From the IMG/VR virus record IMGVR_UViG_3300020179_000005, positions 1 through 64,000 of that record: a DNA stretch of 64,000 bases; one strand, 5' to 3'. Positions within the stretch are counted from its first letter, which is position 1. Each line of letters starts with the position of its first letter. Position numbers and translations under genes: made by a program. A model generated the notes under the pieces. It was not told the DNA's origin. It saw only the letters and a program-made list of their open reading frames with translations, and searched no databases. Shown piece after piece: positions 28,886-42,200 of the stretch.

Positions 28886-30768
28886 GTTGCTGAAACCTTT
28901 GCGGCCAATGAGTATGAATAAACAAGCGGAGACATATTGTTCTTTGCGTCCTTTTCAATAATTATCTTAACCAGTATTTTCCTAATGTCTTGTGGAATCT
29001 GTGGATGATTATAGTATTCTACGCCGGGCAATTTATAACCCGGAGGAACATTTTGATTGAAAACCAAGACTTCCGGTGTGCCTTTTGAGCCTGAAGAATT
29101 ATACCCAGATTGAGTTGAATTTATCTTTATCCAATTTTTTCCTTCGTCAACCGATATGTATGAAGATATTAATTTCTTATCCTTTGAAAAAACCGATGAA
29201 TCGCTATCTATAGATAGCATAACCGATTCTACGGATTTATCAAATAGATACGGGAAGGATACAATTTCCGCGGATTGCGCTAACGAAATATACTGAATAG
29301 ACACGTCTCTTATGCCTATAGACATTCTTTTAGCATTAAGCACTTCTCTATTTAGGTTAATTGGAATTTTGTAAGATTCCACTGATTCTGACGAAGACCC
29401 AACTGCCTTCTTTTTTAGCGTTACGGAAATTTGTTTTTTAAGTATTTCCTTTTTGGAAAAAAGAGTTGGATCACTTATTGGTGGAATTATTTCTGATTTA
29501 TTATAATTTATTTCCTGGTAAATATCTCTACTTAAGGACTCTGGATCAAATTTTACCGAACCAAAAAACGGACTATTGTCATTTTGCGATTGAGCGTAGT
29601 CTGTTTCCCAATAAGAATGAAGTATTTCTACGTCTTCGTAATCGGCTTGATGCATAATTATTTCTATTTCTAGAACTTTTCTTTCTGGAAATCTTATTGT
29701 AGCTGAATCTACAAAATACTTAAAATCATTATTTGAATAAAAAGAACTAATAGAAGATCCTATGAAAATAGGTTGACTTAATACGTCCTCAACCTGGCCT
29801 TGTTGATCTGTAACATACACATTGGATACTTTAATTGTTTTTGATGATCCAAAATATGGAGTTATTTTTATCATATTTGCCAATGAAGAATTGTCCGCAA
29901 TGATTGAAAATTTCAATTTTAAAGGTTCTCTTAAATCGTGTTTTGCCCAATTGAACAAACTATTTTTTGCTGAATTTAATATTATTGCATTATCTAATAT
30001 ATAAGAAAATTCAATGTTTGATGAATTATCGGCAAAGGCTTTTTGAACATTAAATGTCTCATACTCATAATATGTTATTGGATTTTCATCAAATATATTC
30101 AATATATTAGAAGAAGATGCTTTGCCTTGATATGAGTAGCTGACTGGTGTCTCAGCTATCTCATCAATTTTTTTTATTGCAGTTAGGTTATTCCCCGGAA
30201 TTCCATTTGACGGATTTATTGTTACTCTTTTAGGTGTCCATTTTCTGCTAGAAGTTATTTGAACACTCATTGATCCTGAATCAAATAACGGATTTTGAGA
30301 CTTTGATATTTTTGAAAAATCAACAAAATCTTGATTATCAAATGTATCTCCTACGTAGATTATGTCTTCCGCCGGACTTTGTGAATACATTTGAAGTATC
30401 TTGGTTTTAGAAAAAATTCTTTTAGAATATTTTTTTTCATTTTCTATTTCTGTGTTAAAAAGGTTGAATACACTTATTGTTTTAGCTAACAGATAATCCA
30501 ATTGTTTTGATGTTATATTAACATTATTTTTTAGGCTAGAGAAAAATTTATTCATTTTTTCTGATGATGGAGGTTCGCCAACACTAATTAAATCTAGATC
30601 AAAAGAGAGCGAATCTACTGACGTGTACGCCTTGCTTAAAAGCGCATTAAAATCATTTATAATTTCTTCTTTATATATGTATTTTCCCTGACTTTTCTTA
30701 GACATAATTTCTGTTAAGCCTACTGACACTTGATCAAATACTGATGTATCCGGAGATAGTTGAGCCAT
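28882..30768 (-). CDS. Putative virion structural protein (628 aa)
   Basis: Intact ORF; NIFDENPITYY and YISVDEGKNWIKI motifs. Confidence 0.55.
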   Translation of the reverse strand: MAQLSPDTSVFDQVSVGLTEIMSKKSQGKYIYKEEIINDFNALLSKAYTSVDSLSFDLDLISVGEPPSSEKMNKFFSSLKNNVNITSKQLDYLLAKTISVFNLFNTEIENEKKYSKRIFSKTKILQMYSQSPAEDIIYVGDTFDNQDFVDFSKISKSQNPLFDSGSMSVQITSSRKWTPKRVTINPSNGIPGNNLTAIKKIDEIAETPVSYSYQGKASSSNILNIFDENPITYYEYETFNVQKAFADNSSNIEFSYILDNAIILNSAKNSLFNWAKHDLREPLKLKFSIIADNSSLANMIKITPYFGSSKTIKVSNVYVTDQQGQVEDVLSQPIFIGSSISSFYSNNDFKYFVDSATIRFPERKVLEIEIIMHQADYEDVEILHSYWETDYAQSQNDNSPFFGSVKFDPESLSRDIYQEINYNKSEIIPPISDPTLFSKKEILKKQISVTLKKKAVGSSSESVESYKIPINLNREVLNAKRMSIGIRDVSIQYISLAQSAEIVSFPYLFDKSVESVMLSIDSDSSVFSKDKKLISSYISVDEGKNWIKINSTQSGYNSSGSKGTPEVLVFNQNVPPGYKLPGVEYYNHPQIPQDIRKILVKIIIEKDAKNNMSPLVYSYSLAAKVSAT

Positions 30769-30771
30769 AAT

Positions 30772-33402
30772 TTAATCCTTTACCAAAACTCTATTAAGTT
30801 TATCATAATAAAAATCATACTGTTTCGTTTTTGTTTTTAGCATAACTGAGTCTATAGATCCAGAATATTGAATATTTGGAATATTTTTTCTTAATATGAC
30901 CCTGAATCTCAATGAATCATTCGTATAATCATAATAAACAACAAAAGGATTTTCAACTACTTGATTAAATATTAATTCTTTTCCATTTTGAATGAAAAAA
31001 TATCCAGATGATTCTGAAAAGACTGGCATGTCTTTTGAGTTAGTATAGTTTGTTATATTTAATGCGTAACTACCATCAGACATTAGCGCTTTCACCGGAC
31101 TATATCCTTGATATTTTTCTGAAAATATAGTTCCAAAGTTTGGATTATACACTGCGTCTTTGGCGAATTCATTTTTAATATAAGGAGTATTTTTCAAGAT
31201 AACCCTTGACGTGTAGTCTGTACTTTCAAATTTTTCTCCAAGACCATTTGAATCAGAGTATGGGCTAGAGGATTGTTTTAATAAATTCGACTTAATTAAA
31301 TCTATGTTATCATAATTATATATCGAAAGATTCAATGCATATTGGCAAACGTACAGGCAATCGGGGTCAAATGATGTCAAAAATATTTGATTATTTTTAA
31401 CATAATAATCTTTTGACAACATAAGATATCCATTTTTATAAATTTTTAAAGTTTCTTTTACAAAAGAAAATCTAGTAGTTGCCGATCCGTTTAGGTCAAA
31501 GAATAAAACTTCTGAATCTACATTGTTTTTTCCATGAGAAACTATCGGTGTCCAATCTTCTTCTTCATTTGGCACATCTTCATTTGATATCGAAACTTCA
31601 TATGAAATTGGAGTTTTAAGATCGTATTTATATAAGTCAAGATTTACTTTATTGTTTTGCTCTTCTATAAAGCACTTAACCGAAAGCGGATGACCGTTTA
31701 AGGGTATCTTTTTACTGACAAAGCAAGCCTTCAAATTTTCTATTCCGCTTGTTCTTGCAAAATCTATGGACTTTATGGAGAATTCGTATTCGTATAAATC
31801 ATTTTTTTCAATACTCAAGAGGTCCTTCAATACATTATTGCTGGATCTTGATACGGTTTCTGGAGTTAATGATTGAAACTTAGTTGGATTTATTAGGTTT
31901 GAATTTTTTTCTGGTAATATTCCAGAATTTTTAAATGAGTAGATTGACCTTTTTTGCGAAGAAGACTCGATGTAGGTCATGTCTTCAAAATATTCACCCT
32001 GATCTTTAATGGCGTGTATAAAGAAATTTTGAAATACACTAGACAACATTGTACTTCCTTTTAAGGTCAAGGAATCAAACGATATGTTTTCTTTTGTGTA
32101 TTCTTTTCTATAAGATTTATTTAAAAAATTATTTTTTACATAAGGATATTTGAAAGAATAATAACTTTCATTAAAGTAATCATTTTTAAAAAATTCTTTT
32201 ATTGAATTATTTTTTAAGAATAAATTGTAAACTAAATCTTGAAGAACGTCAGGGTTTCCTTTTTTAGAATTCTTAATTTCTTTTGCTATTTGCGTTAGCA
32301 TTTTTCCAGTTAATTCTGTCAGAGGAATTGTTTTTTCATTTTTTGAATATACTGGTTGATTAAATATCAATATTGCTTTATTCACAAGCTTTTGGTCGAA
32401 GTTAATATCCGTTATTGAATCCAACATTCTTGGGGCCGAAAGAACAGCGCTTACTAAGTTATTTTCTGGTGACGGCAAAACACTTGAATCATTTGTCGAA
32501 GAGGAGGAGTAGATTGAATACTCTTTGTCTTTTTCCGAGAACAATACAATCTGCAATAGTTGAAGACCGTTTCCGTGTCCTGGCACTATTCTAATAAAGT
32601 CCATTAGATTTGGAATGGCGAATGAGATTTCTACGACTGTTTTTGCGCCAGATATATACGATTGATTATATCCTATATATCTGCTTACATCAGGAATGTC
32701 TGTGGTTAAAATAACGGGAGACTTAACTGTTACGGCCCACGAATCTGATTTGCTTTCGTTTAACGCATTATAGAATCCAGTGTCTGTAGTTACATAATTT
32801 GAGTAATTATTTTGTATACTTATCTCGGATACACCAAGGGGATCAAATGCCGAGACACTATATGATCCTATTTTAAAGACACCTGTTTTTTTGTCAATAT
32901 ATGCATTTCCGTTTTCGTCAAACGGTGATGAATCTCTGTCCGGAAGATCAAAACTGTATCCGTCAAACCTATAGTCATTTGTATTTGTATTGAATTTTTC
33001 TATGTAATTAACATTATATAAGTCTTCTTTGCCAGAAATAAATTCATAATTTTTTATATAAACAGACATTTCATCCAGATCTTTTTCGACTTTTTCTATT
33101 TCAGAAAAAAGAACATCTGCCATCGAGTTGAGCATTGCGCTGATCATATTTGCCGTAGAATAATAAGACTTCATTCTTAAGTCCGCGTCCCTAAACATAT
33201 CTATAAAAAATTCTCTATTCAAAACTGAAAACTGTTCAAACACCGAAGGAGAATAACTTGTTTCCAATCTTATAGAAGAAAGCTTTGCCACCAGATTACC
33301 AAAATCAAATTTATCCAATTTCATTTCTTTGATAAGGGCACCAACAGTTATTTGAGAACTAAAAGAAAAGCTATTTATAATTTCGGGAAGTTCTTTAAGC
33401 AT
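30772..33402 (-). CDS. Putative virion structural protein (876 aa)
   Basis: Intact ORF; NALNESKSDSW and EDWTPIV motifs similar to neighbours. Confidence 0.55.
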   Translation of the reverse strand: MLKELPEIINSFSFSSQITVGALIKEMKLDKFDFGNLVAKLSSIRLETSYSPSVFEQFSVLNREFFIDMFRDADLRMKSYYSTANMISAMLNSMADVLFSEIEKVEKDLDEMSVYIKNYEFISGKEDLYNVNYIEKFNTNTNDYRFDGYSFDLPDRDSSPFDENGNAYIDKKTGVFKIGSYSVSAFDPLGVSEISIQNNYSNYVTTDTGFYNALNESKSDSWAVTVKSPVILTTDIPDVSRYIGYNQSYISGAKTVVEISFAIPNLMDFIRIVPGHGNGLQLLQIVLFSEKDKEYSIYSSSSTNDSSVLPSPENNLVSAVLSAPRMLDSITDINFDQKLVNKAILIFNQPVYSKNEKTIPLTELTGKMLTQIAKEIKNSKKGNPDVLQDLVYNLFLKNNSIKEFFKNDYFNESYYSFKYPYVKNNFLNKSYRKEYTKENISFDSLTLKGSTMLSSVFQNFFIHAIKDQGEYFEDMTYIESSSQKRSIYSFKNSGILPEKNSNLINPTKFQSLTPETVSRSSNNVLKDLLSIEKNDLYEYEFSIKSIDFARTSGIENLKACFVSKKIPLNGHPLSVKCFIEEQNNKVNLDLYKYDLKTPISYEVSISNEDVPNEEEDWTPIVSHGKNNVDSEVLFFDLNGSATTRFSFVKETLKIYKNGYLMLSKDYYVKNNQIFLTSFDPDCLYVCQYALNLSIYNYDNIDLIKSNLLKQSSSPYSDSNGLGEKFESTDYTSRVILKNTPYIKNEFAKDAVYNPNFGTIFSEKYQGYSPVKALMSDGSYALNITNYTNSKDMPVFSESSGYFFIQNGKELIFNQVVENPFVVYYDYTNDSLRFRVILRKNIPNIQYSGSIDSVMLKTKTKQYDFYYDKLNRVLVKD

Positions 33403-36400
33403 TATATCTCCCAGGGCTCGCCTTCTAGATTTTGAATTTCAAAAGAAACACCTGCGGTAAGGTTGGATCGAATTATTTCATAGATTTCTAATACGGAATT
33501 AAAGTTATTCTTTACCTCTTCGGGAATTTTTATGATTACAAATCCACCCCTAGGATAAGAAGTTCCGTGAACCGGATACATATCCCAATTATGTATGGCG
33601 TCTTTATGAACTTCTTGTATTTCTAGTAATTCAATATTTGATTTTAATCCACCGCCCCTTAGTCTTGTGTCTGACAGATTTGTCTTTTTTCTTTTTGGGT
33701 TATTTATAAAATAAACTATACCAATCAACAGCGCAAATGGATTGTATTTAATTGATGAAGAATCAAAAATTTTAGAATCATATGTATAATTTATAACCGA
33801 CTCATTTTGATATTCCGTGACCGGCACCAACGTAAATCCACCGCTTAAAGAAGATTGTTTATCTATTTTTAATGGCATCGTATAAACATAAAGGCCCTTA
33901 TTCAGTTCTATTTCTTGAGAGTTAAGAAATGGATTTAATGGAATTGGATTACCGTTTATATTATACAAAATTAAATCAGAACTTTTTCTTACATAGTTTA
34001 CTTTTATCAAAGATTCATTAGATGGAACCAAACGTTCAGTAAACTCAATCATTCCCGTATTTGCATTGTAGTCTCTAATCTTGGAAAAGGGAACTTCTAC
34101 CCATTCGTTATTTTTTGAAGCTCTTGTATAGATATTGAGTTGGGGTTTAAATATTTTTATCTGAGAAGGTGGATAATTTGAAGGTTCTGGCCAAACTAAG
34201 AATGGAGCTTGACGTATTTGTATTTGCTTATCTGATATTATTATCGGCTTTTCATTTTTTATATCATAGAAACCTTTTCCAAAAATATCTGACCAATTAG
34301 CCGCTATTCCAGACGAAGTATCATAGGTTGCAAATAAAGTATTATTTAAATAATTTGATTTCCAATCATCAAATATCATATTGCCCTTAAGTTGTATTGA
34401 TTTTCTAAAAGATCCAGGAGTTATTGGTAGGGGCCAAGCCTCTTTTTTGTCAATATAAGATTGAAGATCTCCTATTTGTATGGCGCTACTAGCCTGAAAG
34501 GCGACAGAATAAACGGGGCAAATTCTTTTTATTGGTACATCAGCTGGGATAAACGTAGTGCTAACCTTGGGTCCAATATAGTCTATAGAATTTTGAGAAT
34601 TTCCATCAGCGTCTATTGCCGATATCGCTATGTATATATTGTTAATGCCCCTAGACAATACGTCTACAAATGCTATTTTATTTCCTAAAAATTCTTTTTC
34701 TTTTAAGTCATAAAATCCAAAAATCATACCCTCGTTAGTTTCCAGTTTGTTTTTAACAAAGATAAAACCCATTCTCGAATCTATTTCTTCGTCAGCCAAA
34801 GAAGAGGTTATTTTAGAAGTTACTTCAGAACCTTTTGGAAGGCCAACTGGTTTACCTGAGCTATCACACAACAACAGTGTCCCATCAAGAACTGTAACAG
34901 ATTCTTTTTTAGGGATTATCTTTTTTGAAAGATCCATCAATACATAATTGGTTACTTCTTTTTCTTCAGTTGTGGTAACTTTTGAGCCCGAATAAAAAGC
35001 CGCTGAAGTTGTAAGAAAGAAAAATCCGTAATTGGCAACGTCTTGATTTGGTTGTCCGAGAATAATTAATTGATATTGCTGATAAAGGAGAGGCGAAATT
35101 AACACCGTTTTCAGTTACGACATTAGATAGAGTAACTGAAGAGTTGTCCTTTACTCCAACAAAAGTGGGCTTACTGAAATCAAACACGACTCCACTTGAA
35201 GTTCTATGATTGCTTGTAGACAAAGAAAAATTTGATCCCAAAGTATCTAAATAATCTTTTCCTAGATAACTATAGGCGATATTTTGAAATGTTAAATCCT
35301 TAGTCTTTATTGAGTTTGTGTCGTAATTAAATGTTTCAATCTTATTAGGATTGATGGATTCAAATTCTCCCTCGTCTATTGCGTTAACCACGGCGTCGAC
35401 TGTATATGTAAATGTTTTTGCACTATTGGTTATTCTTCTGTCAATCGTGTTAACGGGACTGCCGTCAGGGTTTTTCTCATCAGCGCTAACAGTTTGTTGC
35501 GACCAACTTGATCCACTCCATTCCCAATATTTTTCATCATTTATAGTAAATATTAGTTTACCATTTTGATTTGATTTTAGGTTTTGACCATCATAATATA
35601 GGCTTGAATCTCCCTCGATATACCATTTTGCGACGTCTTCTATCTCCGGTTTGATCAAAGAGGGAATCGCAGTATACGTGACTGATCCGTTCAGATTCTA
35701 TTGGGTAAGTTCGATTATTACCGGTTTGCACTTGCTCTGAAGGTGGTTGAGTTGTAGAAGTGGTATCTCCGGCTTTAACATTGCACGTTATAGATCTTAA
35801 GGAATATCCTTCTGCGTTTCCAATCCCAACTTGACCGTTTGTTTTTATGTGTATATAAAAATGCTTTGCCCCTCTTGCCATGGTGTTGTTGACGGTCAAC
35901 GTGACTTTGCCATTAGCGTCTGGGCTCTGATTCAATGTGAATTTTGGGAGATAACTTGCTTCAACCTGCTGTATTGTTCCAAGGGCACTAGAATGATTTT
36001 GAATGGAATAGCCGTAAGAGGCAACCGTTACATTTTTCCAACTACCAAAATTAATCTCTATATTTTCAACAGTTTCCCAACCATCTGGAACAGAGAAAAA
36101 TACATAGTCTTGCAGTTCTGATATTTTTGCTCCAGTAACGCCGGAGTAATTTATTTTTTTGTATTCAATTCCGCCATTTATGGCGCTATACGAATTAATG
36201 ATATCATTTATTCTGCCTATTTGTTTTGTTGCGGCATCCGCGAAACGAGACCAGTTTCCACTACGGCGTAACAAAACACTTTGCATTCCAAAATAATTAT
36301 TATGTATGGCGTGAGCGAGCAGTGCTTTTGTTTCGCTGTCAACCGTTCCATCGGTAGAATATACAACCCTGTGCGCTTTCATTTTAGTCTGAAAGTCAGA

Positions 36401-39253
36401 TACTGCCCCCATAGTAGCTGGACCATAGAATCCATCTATCGTAGATTTATAAAACTTGCCCGCCGCTAAAGCCTCCTGAATATACGTTACGTAATCCCCT
36501 CTTGCCCCAATCGCATAGGCATCTGGCCCGTTTCCGTTTTCTATATCATAAGTGTAGTCAAATGCCCTCCACTGATAACTACCGCTTTTAGACACCGTAC
36601 CTTGAGGAGAATACATTTCTGAAATAGATTTTATATTTACGGCGGGAACCGAATTTCTCGAACCGGGCGTTACCGATGTTCTTGGCGGTGGAGTTCTAGT
36701 GGTATATATTGGTGTGTCTCGCACACTTTTTATTACGAAATTTTTTACAATTGTTCCAGTCTTTTTTTCTTGAGAAAATTCGCCTTTACCCTGATAATAT
36801 ATTTGTATGTTCGCGGAAAAATCTCCGGAAAAACCGAGAGGTTTGTCTGAAGCCGTTTGATAAGAGTAGGCAGTAACAAATTTAAACGGGTAAGACTGGA
36901 AGTAGTTTACGGGGTTTATTTGATTCAATAAACTTCTTGTACCAGAACTTTTTATGTGTGGAATTTCTTTCACAACATACGGGCCAAATCCGTCTGGAAT
37001 ATTTATCTTTGGAGAAATAGTATTGCTATAGGCATAGGCCTTTTGGTCCCCAGAGTTTAACTTAAAAAGAGTGTACGAAGTAGGTATATTGTATTGCGCC
37101 AGTGCATCGGAAGCTAAAATTTTTGTCGAATTTTGAATTTGTATGTCTGGATTTGTTGTCTCTATGAAAAATTCAACTTTAGAAAAATCTATGAATGATA
37201 TTTTATCTCTTTGATAAGATGGCAGGCTGTGATATATAGACTCCAGGTAGTAATCTTTTATAGAATTATATCCTTTTGTTAAATCTCTTGCGCATATTGT
37301 TGAGGAATTATCAATTACAATATTTGTAAAATATTCCTCTTTTTCGCTATCCAGAAGAGCTTCAGAATACATTGCCCAAGAAGAATTCCATTCTCCAACA
37401 AAATTGAAGAGAGATGATCTTGTATCCAAAGACCTTCCGGCATATGCCCTTGAATACATCGCAAAGGAGATACAGTTGTAAAAAAACTTAAATGGACCCT
37501 CAACGACTGAAGATACTACCTCTTCATCACTTTCGTCTACGGCATATTGACCTGTGTTTGAGTTGACAACTGTAGATTTTCCACCCAATGAATACAAAGA
37601 ATTACAATATTCTAAAAATGGGAACGAAGTGAATATGATATTTCCCTGCGCCAGTGCATCGCCGTCAGAGGAAAACTCAAACAAACCGCCCACTGAACCA
37701 GCGGAACTAGACGAAATTCCTATATCTAAAAATGATTTTAAAGATGTCGCGGAATTCAAATATCTATATACATCCTTTTTTAATCCAAAAATACCATAGT
37801 TTTGACTTTCAAAAATAGAACTATTTATATTCCATCCACCATTTTTATTTTCATCTAGTATCTTGGACTGCTCGTTGTAGCCATAGTAGGTAGGAACGGC
37901 CTGAATTGATATTGGGTTTATGTAGATATCGGAAAACACGAATCTACTCTCAGAAGGAAAATTGGATCCATCTACTATAATTGTTCCATTCTGCAATTTA
38001 ACGTAGTTAGATATCAAGGTTTTCGCTTTTTCCGAAAGAGATTTTGTTGGACAAAAAGTTACGACATCATAACCTTCAAGTGTATTTACGGAATTTAAAT
38101 CGACCAACCAATAAGTCGCCTCGTTTTTTTCGTTTGTTTGAGATTTTGGATTTTCAAATACAAACTTAGAAAAATTAAAGGGTGAATTCTGCATTCTGTA
38201 GAAAACGTATGGCTCTATATTGTCGTAGGAAGTTGTGTCATTTGAGTCATAGAGAACGGCAGCTTTTACTGTTCTTAGCTTTATTCCTTCGGCTTCTTCT
38301 ATATTCGCAAAGTAATCAACTAATTCCAAATTAACAGATTGTTTTGATCTGGCTACGAGTCTCCAATTGAAAATCTCATAGGTTCTATTATCTGCAAGTG
38401 CTTTTTTGGGAACGAATACATTATATCCACTAGAGTTAATATTCTTTGAAAAAACATCAGAATATTTTTTGTTATATTTTTTAACTGAGTAAACTTTTTT
38501 ATTATAGCTATTATCAACTACGTAACTTTCTTCTGGATTCAAATAGAAATATTCATGGGCGTTTATGGTCTCAGAGTATCTCAAATCCTGCCTAGTGATA
38601 TTTCCGTCTAGATCGCACTCTACCTTGTCGTATATTAATTTTAGATTCGTTGGTTTTGTTGCATCTAATCCAACTACTATCCTGTATGGTATATCGGCTT
38701 CGTCAAAATTTTCAACAGTACTAAAAGGCTCCAAAAGTATTTTGTATTTTTTCTTTCCGGTTTCTAGATTGATGTACTCTTGATTTTGCGAATCAACGAC
38801 CTTGATATTAAGGAACTTAATTCTATTTTCGCTCAAATAATCACTTAGTCCAGAAAAACTTATTCCAGGCGGACCAGCAGTAAAAAACCTACTAACATAA
38901 TAATAGTGAAAAAATTGAGTGGCATCTATTTGATACTCATCAAGAATTTCTGTTTTGTATAACTGACCAATCAACGAATCACTTACAGTTAAATTGGCTG
39001 TTGGAAAAAAAGTATTCCCGTACACATCCTCCAATATTCCAAGCTCATTTGCAAAAAATGGCTCAATTCCGTCCGCTAAAGAAGAAGTATTTTCCGGAAT
39101 AGCTTTCGATACGTCAACAACAGAAAGATTATTTTTTGGGCTTAAAGATTCATTAGAATAAAAAGCCAAGTTTGCTGCATCTGACGGGACGGTTGAGCCA
39201 ACTTTTACTGCTGATTCTTTTTTGTTGACTGTTAAATTATCAAATTTTTTCAT
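33402..39253 (-). CDS. Giant virion protein (~1949 aa after two +1 shifts) with a peptidoglycan-binding-like segment
   Basis: Joins ORFs 35591..39253, 34966..35658 and 33402..35105 at CGG 35687-35689 and 35056-35058; GARGDYVTYIQEAL...IDGFYGPATMGAVSDFQ PG-binding motif. Confidence 0.65.
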
Positions 39254-42200
39254 TTAACTATCCTCATAATCTTCATACATGTTCCCATAAGAGGAAATAA
39301 CATTTGGGGTTGAACCGAACAAACCCATTTGATATTGTTCATATCGAGAAATTGGGAACCATTTTGGCGGAGTCCAGTTTAGCTCTGGCGTTGCACTCGG
39401 TGATGCGTCGTACTCATGGTTAACATATTCATATTTAAATCTAGGCTCTTTAATTATTTCATCACCGGATAGCGGCACTGCCGTATAAAATCTGGGAAGC
39501 GGTACTAATTCATTTGAGTAATGAATATTATCATAATTCTCAAACCAATACACCACGTCACCGTATATAGTAACTGGTTCACTTGAAGGAGTTGAACTCA
39601 TCTCGGTTTCTACGACAACAAACCATAATCCCGGATTTGTTCTGTCTTGAGAGTCAAATGGACCAATATTAAAGTTTCCGTATTTATCCGCTTTTACGTA
39701 TCCCGAATACCCGTCTCTTCCTGGGACAGACTGGTTTTGGGCGTATTCTATTTCGTTGAGGGCGTCATAGGCTGTTCTTGCTTTTCTCCAATATATTATT
39801 GGCGTACTAGATGGAGGCGTATTATTGTTCCTTACATACCCAGATATGTATACGCTATCAATTAAATTAGCCTTAATATTAAGGTTATCTACGGCTGCCC
39901 TTAATTTAAATTGACTAGTTTCATTTTTTGTTAAATTGATTACGCATTGCTCTAAAAACCCTGAGCTTTGGCTGTTTTTATTTGCCCCAAAAGAAGGATA
40001 AGATACACCCTGAATATTTAAATTAAGACTAACACCTGAATTACCTCCAGTATATTTAACGGTTGTCTTAGCAAATCCATTGTTGTTAGTCGTTAGGTAT
40101 TCTTCATCGGCTTGCATGTAAGTCCCGTATATTCTAAACGTTTGATTTGGCTTTGGATTGCCTAAAACATCATAGGAAATTATGGAAACATATACAAAGT
40201 CATTTTCTGAATTGGAGATCTTATACGGAGAAACCCATACTGATGCGGAATCAAAATCATACTCAGAATCTGACACAAAAATATACCCCTCATCTATAGG
40301 ATTATTTATTGTGTTAATAGATAATCCAGATGGCGTACTAGATAAAAACTCAGAGGACTCATAAACAACATTGTAAATAGATGAATCTGAAGGAGTTGAA
40401 GAGAGATAAAGCTTTTTTTCGTTTCTTTCAACATAAAACGCTTCATCCACATTATAGTCCACTATATATTCTCTCCCAGGCACTACCACACTTTGATGTG
40501 TTACCGAATCTAGTATCTGTAGTCTGTTGCCAATATGTGAGTAAAAGCTATCTCCACTCTGAATTGCCGAAGAAGAACTAATATAGTATATGCCAGTGTC
40601 TTCGGTATCTACAACATGGTTTCCATTAATGTCTACAAAAGTCCATATGTAAAATTCTGGATTTAAAAGAGAGGTTGTTAATATTTTTCCGGTAAAAGAA
40701 TCTTGTATGCCAATATTTGAAACTATTGGATACGCTAAATACAGCGCTAAATCTTTTGAGCCATTTATAATTTCTTGGTTGCGGAAAGTTACGTTACCAG
40801 GAGTCGAAGCGTCGTTGAAGTAAGCTTCTTTATAATTAATCGTGGAACCGTTAGAGTATGAATTTACCAATATAGGAGCTGCCTGTGTTGGAATATGTGA
40901 GAGGTCGATCTCAAATAACTGACCATTGTATATGTCTACTATTGGTTTAGCGTATACGTAATATTCATTCTCTGATAGATACAACCAGCCGGTTTTTAGG
41001 CTTGGATCTTTGTTGTCAAAAATATTTAAAGAGTTATTATCATACGTGCTTGCATTCTTTGCGTCGACCATAATGCTTGAGTATTTGTAATTCCCTATAT
41101 GTGGGTCATACTCCTCGTAAATAAAGTCTATCATTTCACTAGGTGAATAGCCGCTGGATTTTACCGCCGATTTAGATGTAGACAAAACTATATCTTCATT
41201 TAGGCTAATTGGGTTAATTTCAGAAATAATATATTCGTCTGCTTTTTCAAAAGGTATTCCAAAAGAATTTCTATTCACATCATATTTACCGACAAAAGAA
41301 TCTACATGATTGGAATTGGGCGATCTGCCTAAATCTTCAAATTTTTCTGTTTGCTTGTAAGCGTTGCCAAACATATCAAGATATCCAAATATCATTGGAG
41401 TACTTTTTATTTCAACTCCCTCAATATTTGACCATATGGGCTTTTTAAAGGGATAGTATGGCGTTGCTGATAATCCAGTTGTAATCACAACAGATTTAGT
41501 AGGATCGGAATAGCTTATTGTGGCTGATTCAAAATAATCGGTATCTGAAGGCAATCCGCTAGCATCGGGTGTATCGTATCTTTTAATCAATATATTTGGA
41601 GAAGAAGGAATAAAGTATTCTGGAGAATTTATATCATATGGATTTTCAGATCTTCCACCGTGTTCAGGGTCTTTTATTTCTTGAGTTTGAAATGTTTTAT
41701 ATAACGGACTTGGCTGCGACTTTTCATTTTCTAGTATTAAATTTTGCGGAACTACTCCAATAGGATAGACTAAGGATTCTTTTAAGTCGTCAATTAAAAT
41801 TTTGTGGTTATCTATTGAGCTTATATCATTATCTTTATTTATTTCAATTTCGTCACTTATTTGATCAGTGATTCCGTATACATTTTGTGTTCCGTAAACT
41901 GTTGAACCAATTTTAAAATTCGCATTTATGTAATTTATATTTGGAGTTGACAATGAATGTTGTGCACCAAAGGATGGATTGACCTGATATCCGGATGAAT
42001 GTTCATTAAAGGCGACTCTGTAATTTGCATTTGTTACGTTTTGATATTGTTGAGTTTGCTGATTCCATTTAGCTTGCGCGACAAGTCTTATGTTATTTAT
42101 ATCTTTTATATTTATCGAATTGGTTACCGGTGTTGCGGAGGTATTTGCGTAAGAATATCCATAAGTTTTTTCGACGAAATCTATAGATGGATTACTAAAT

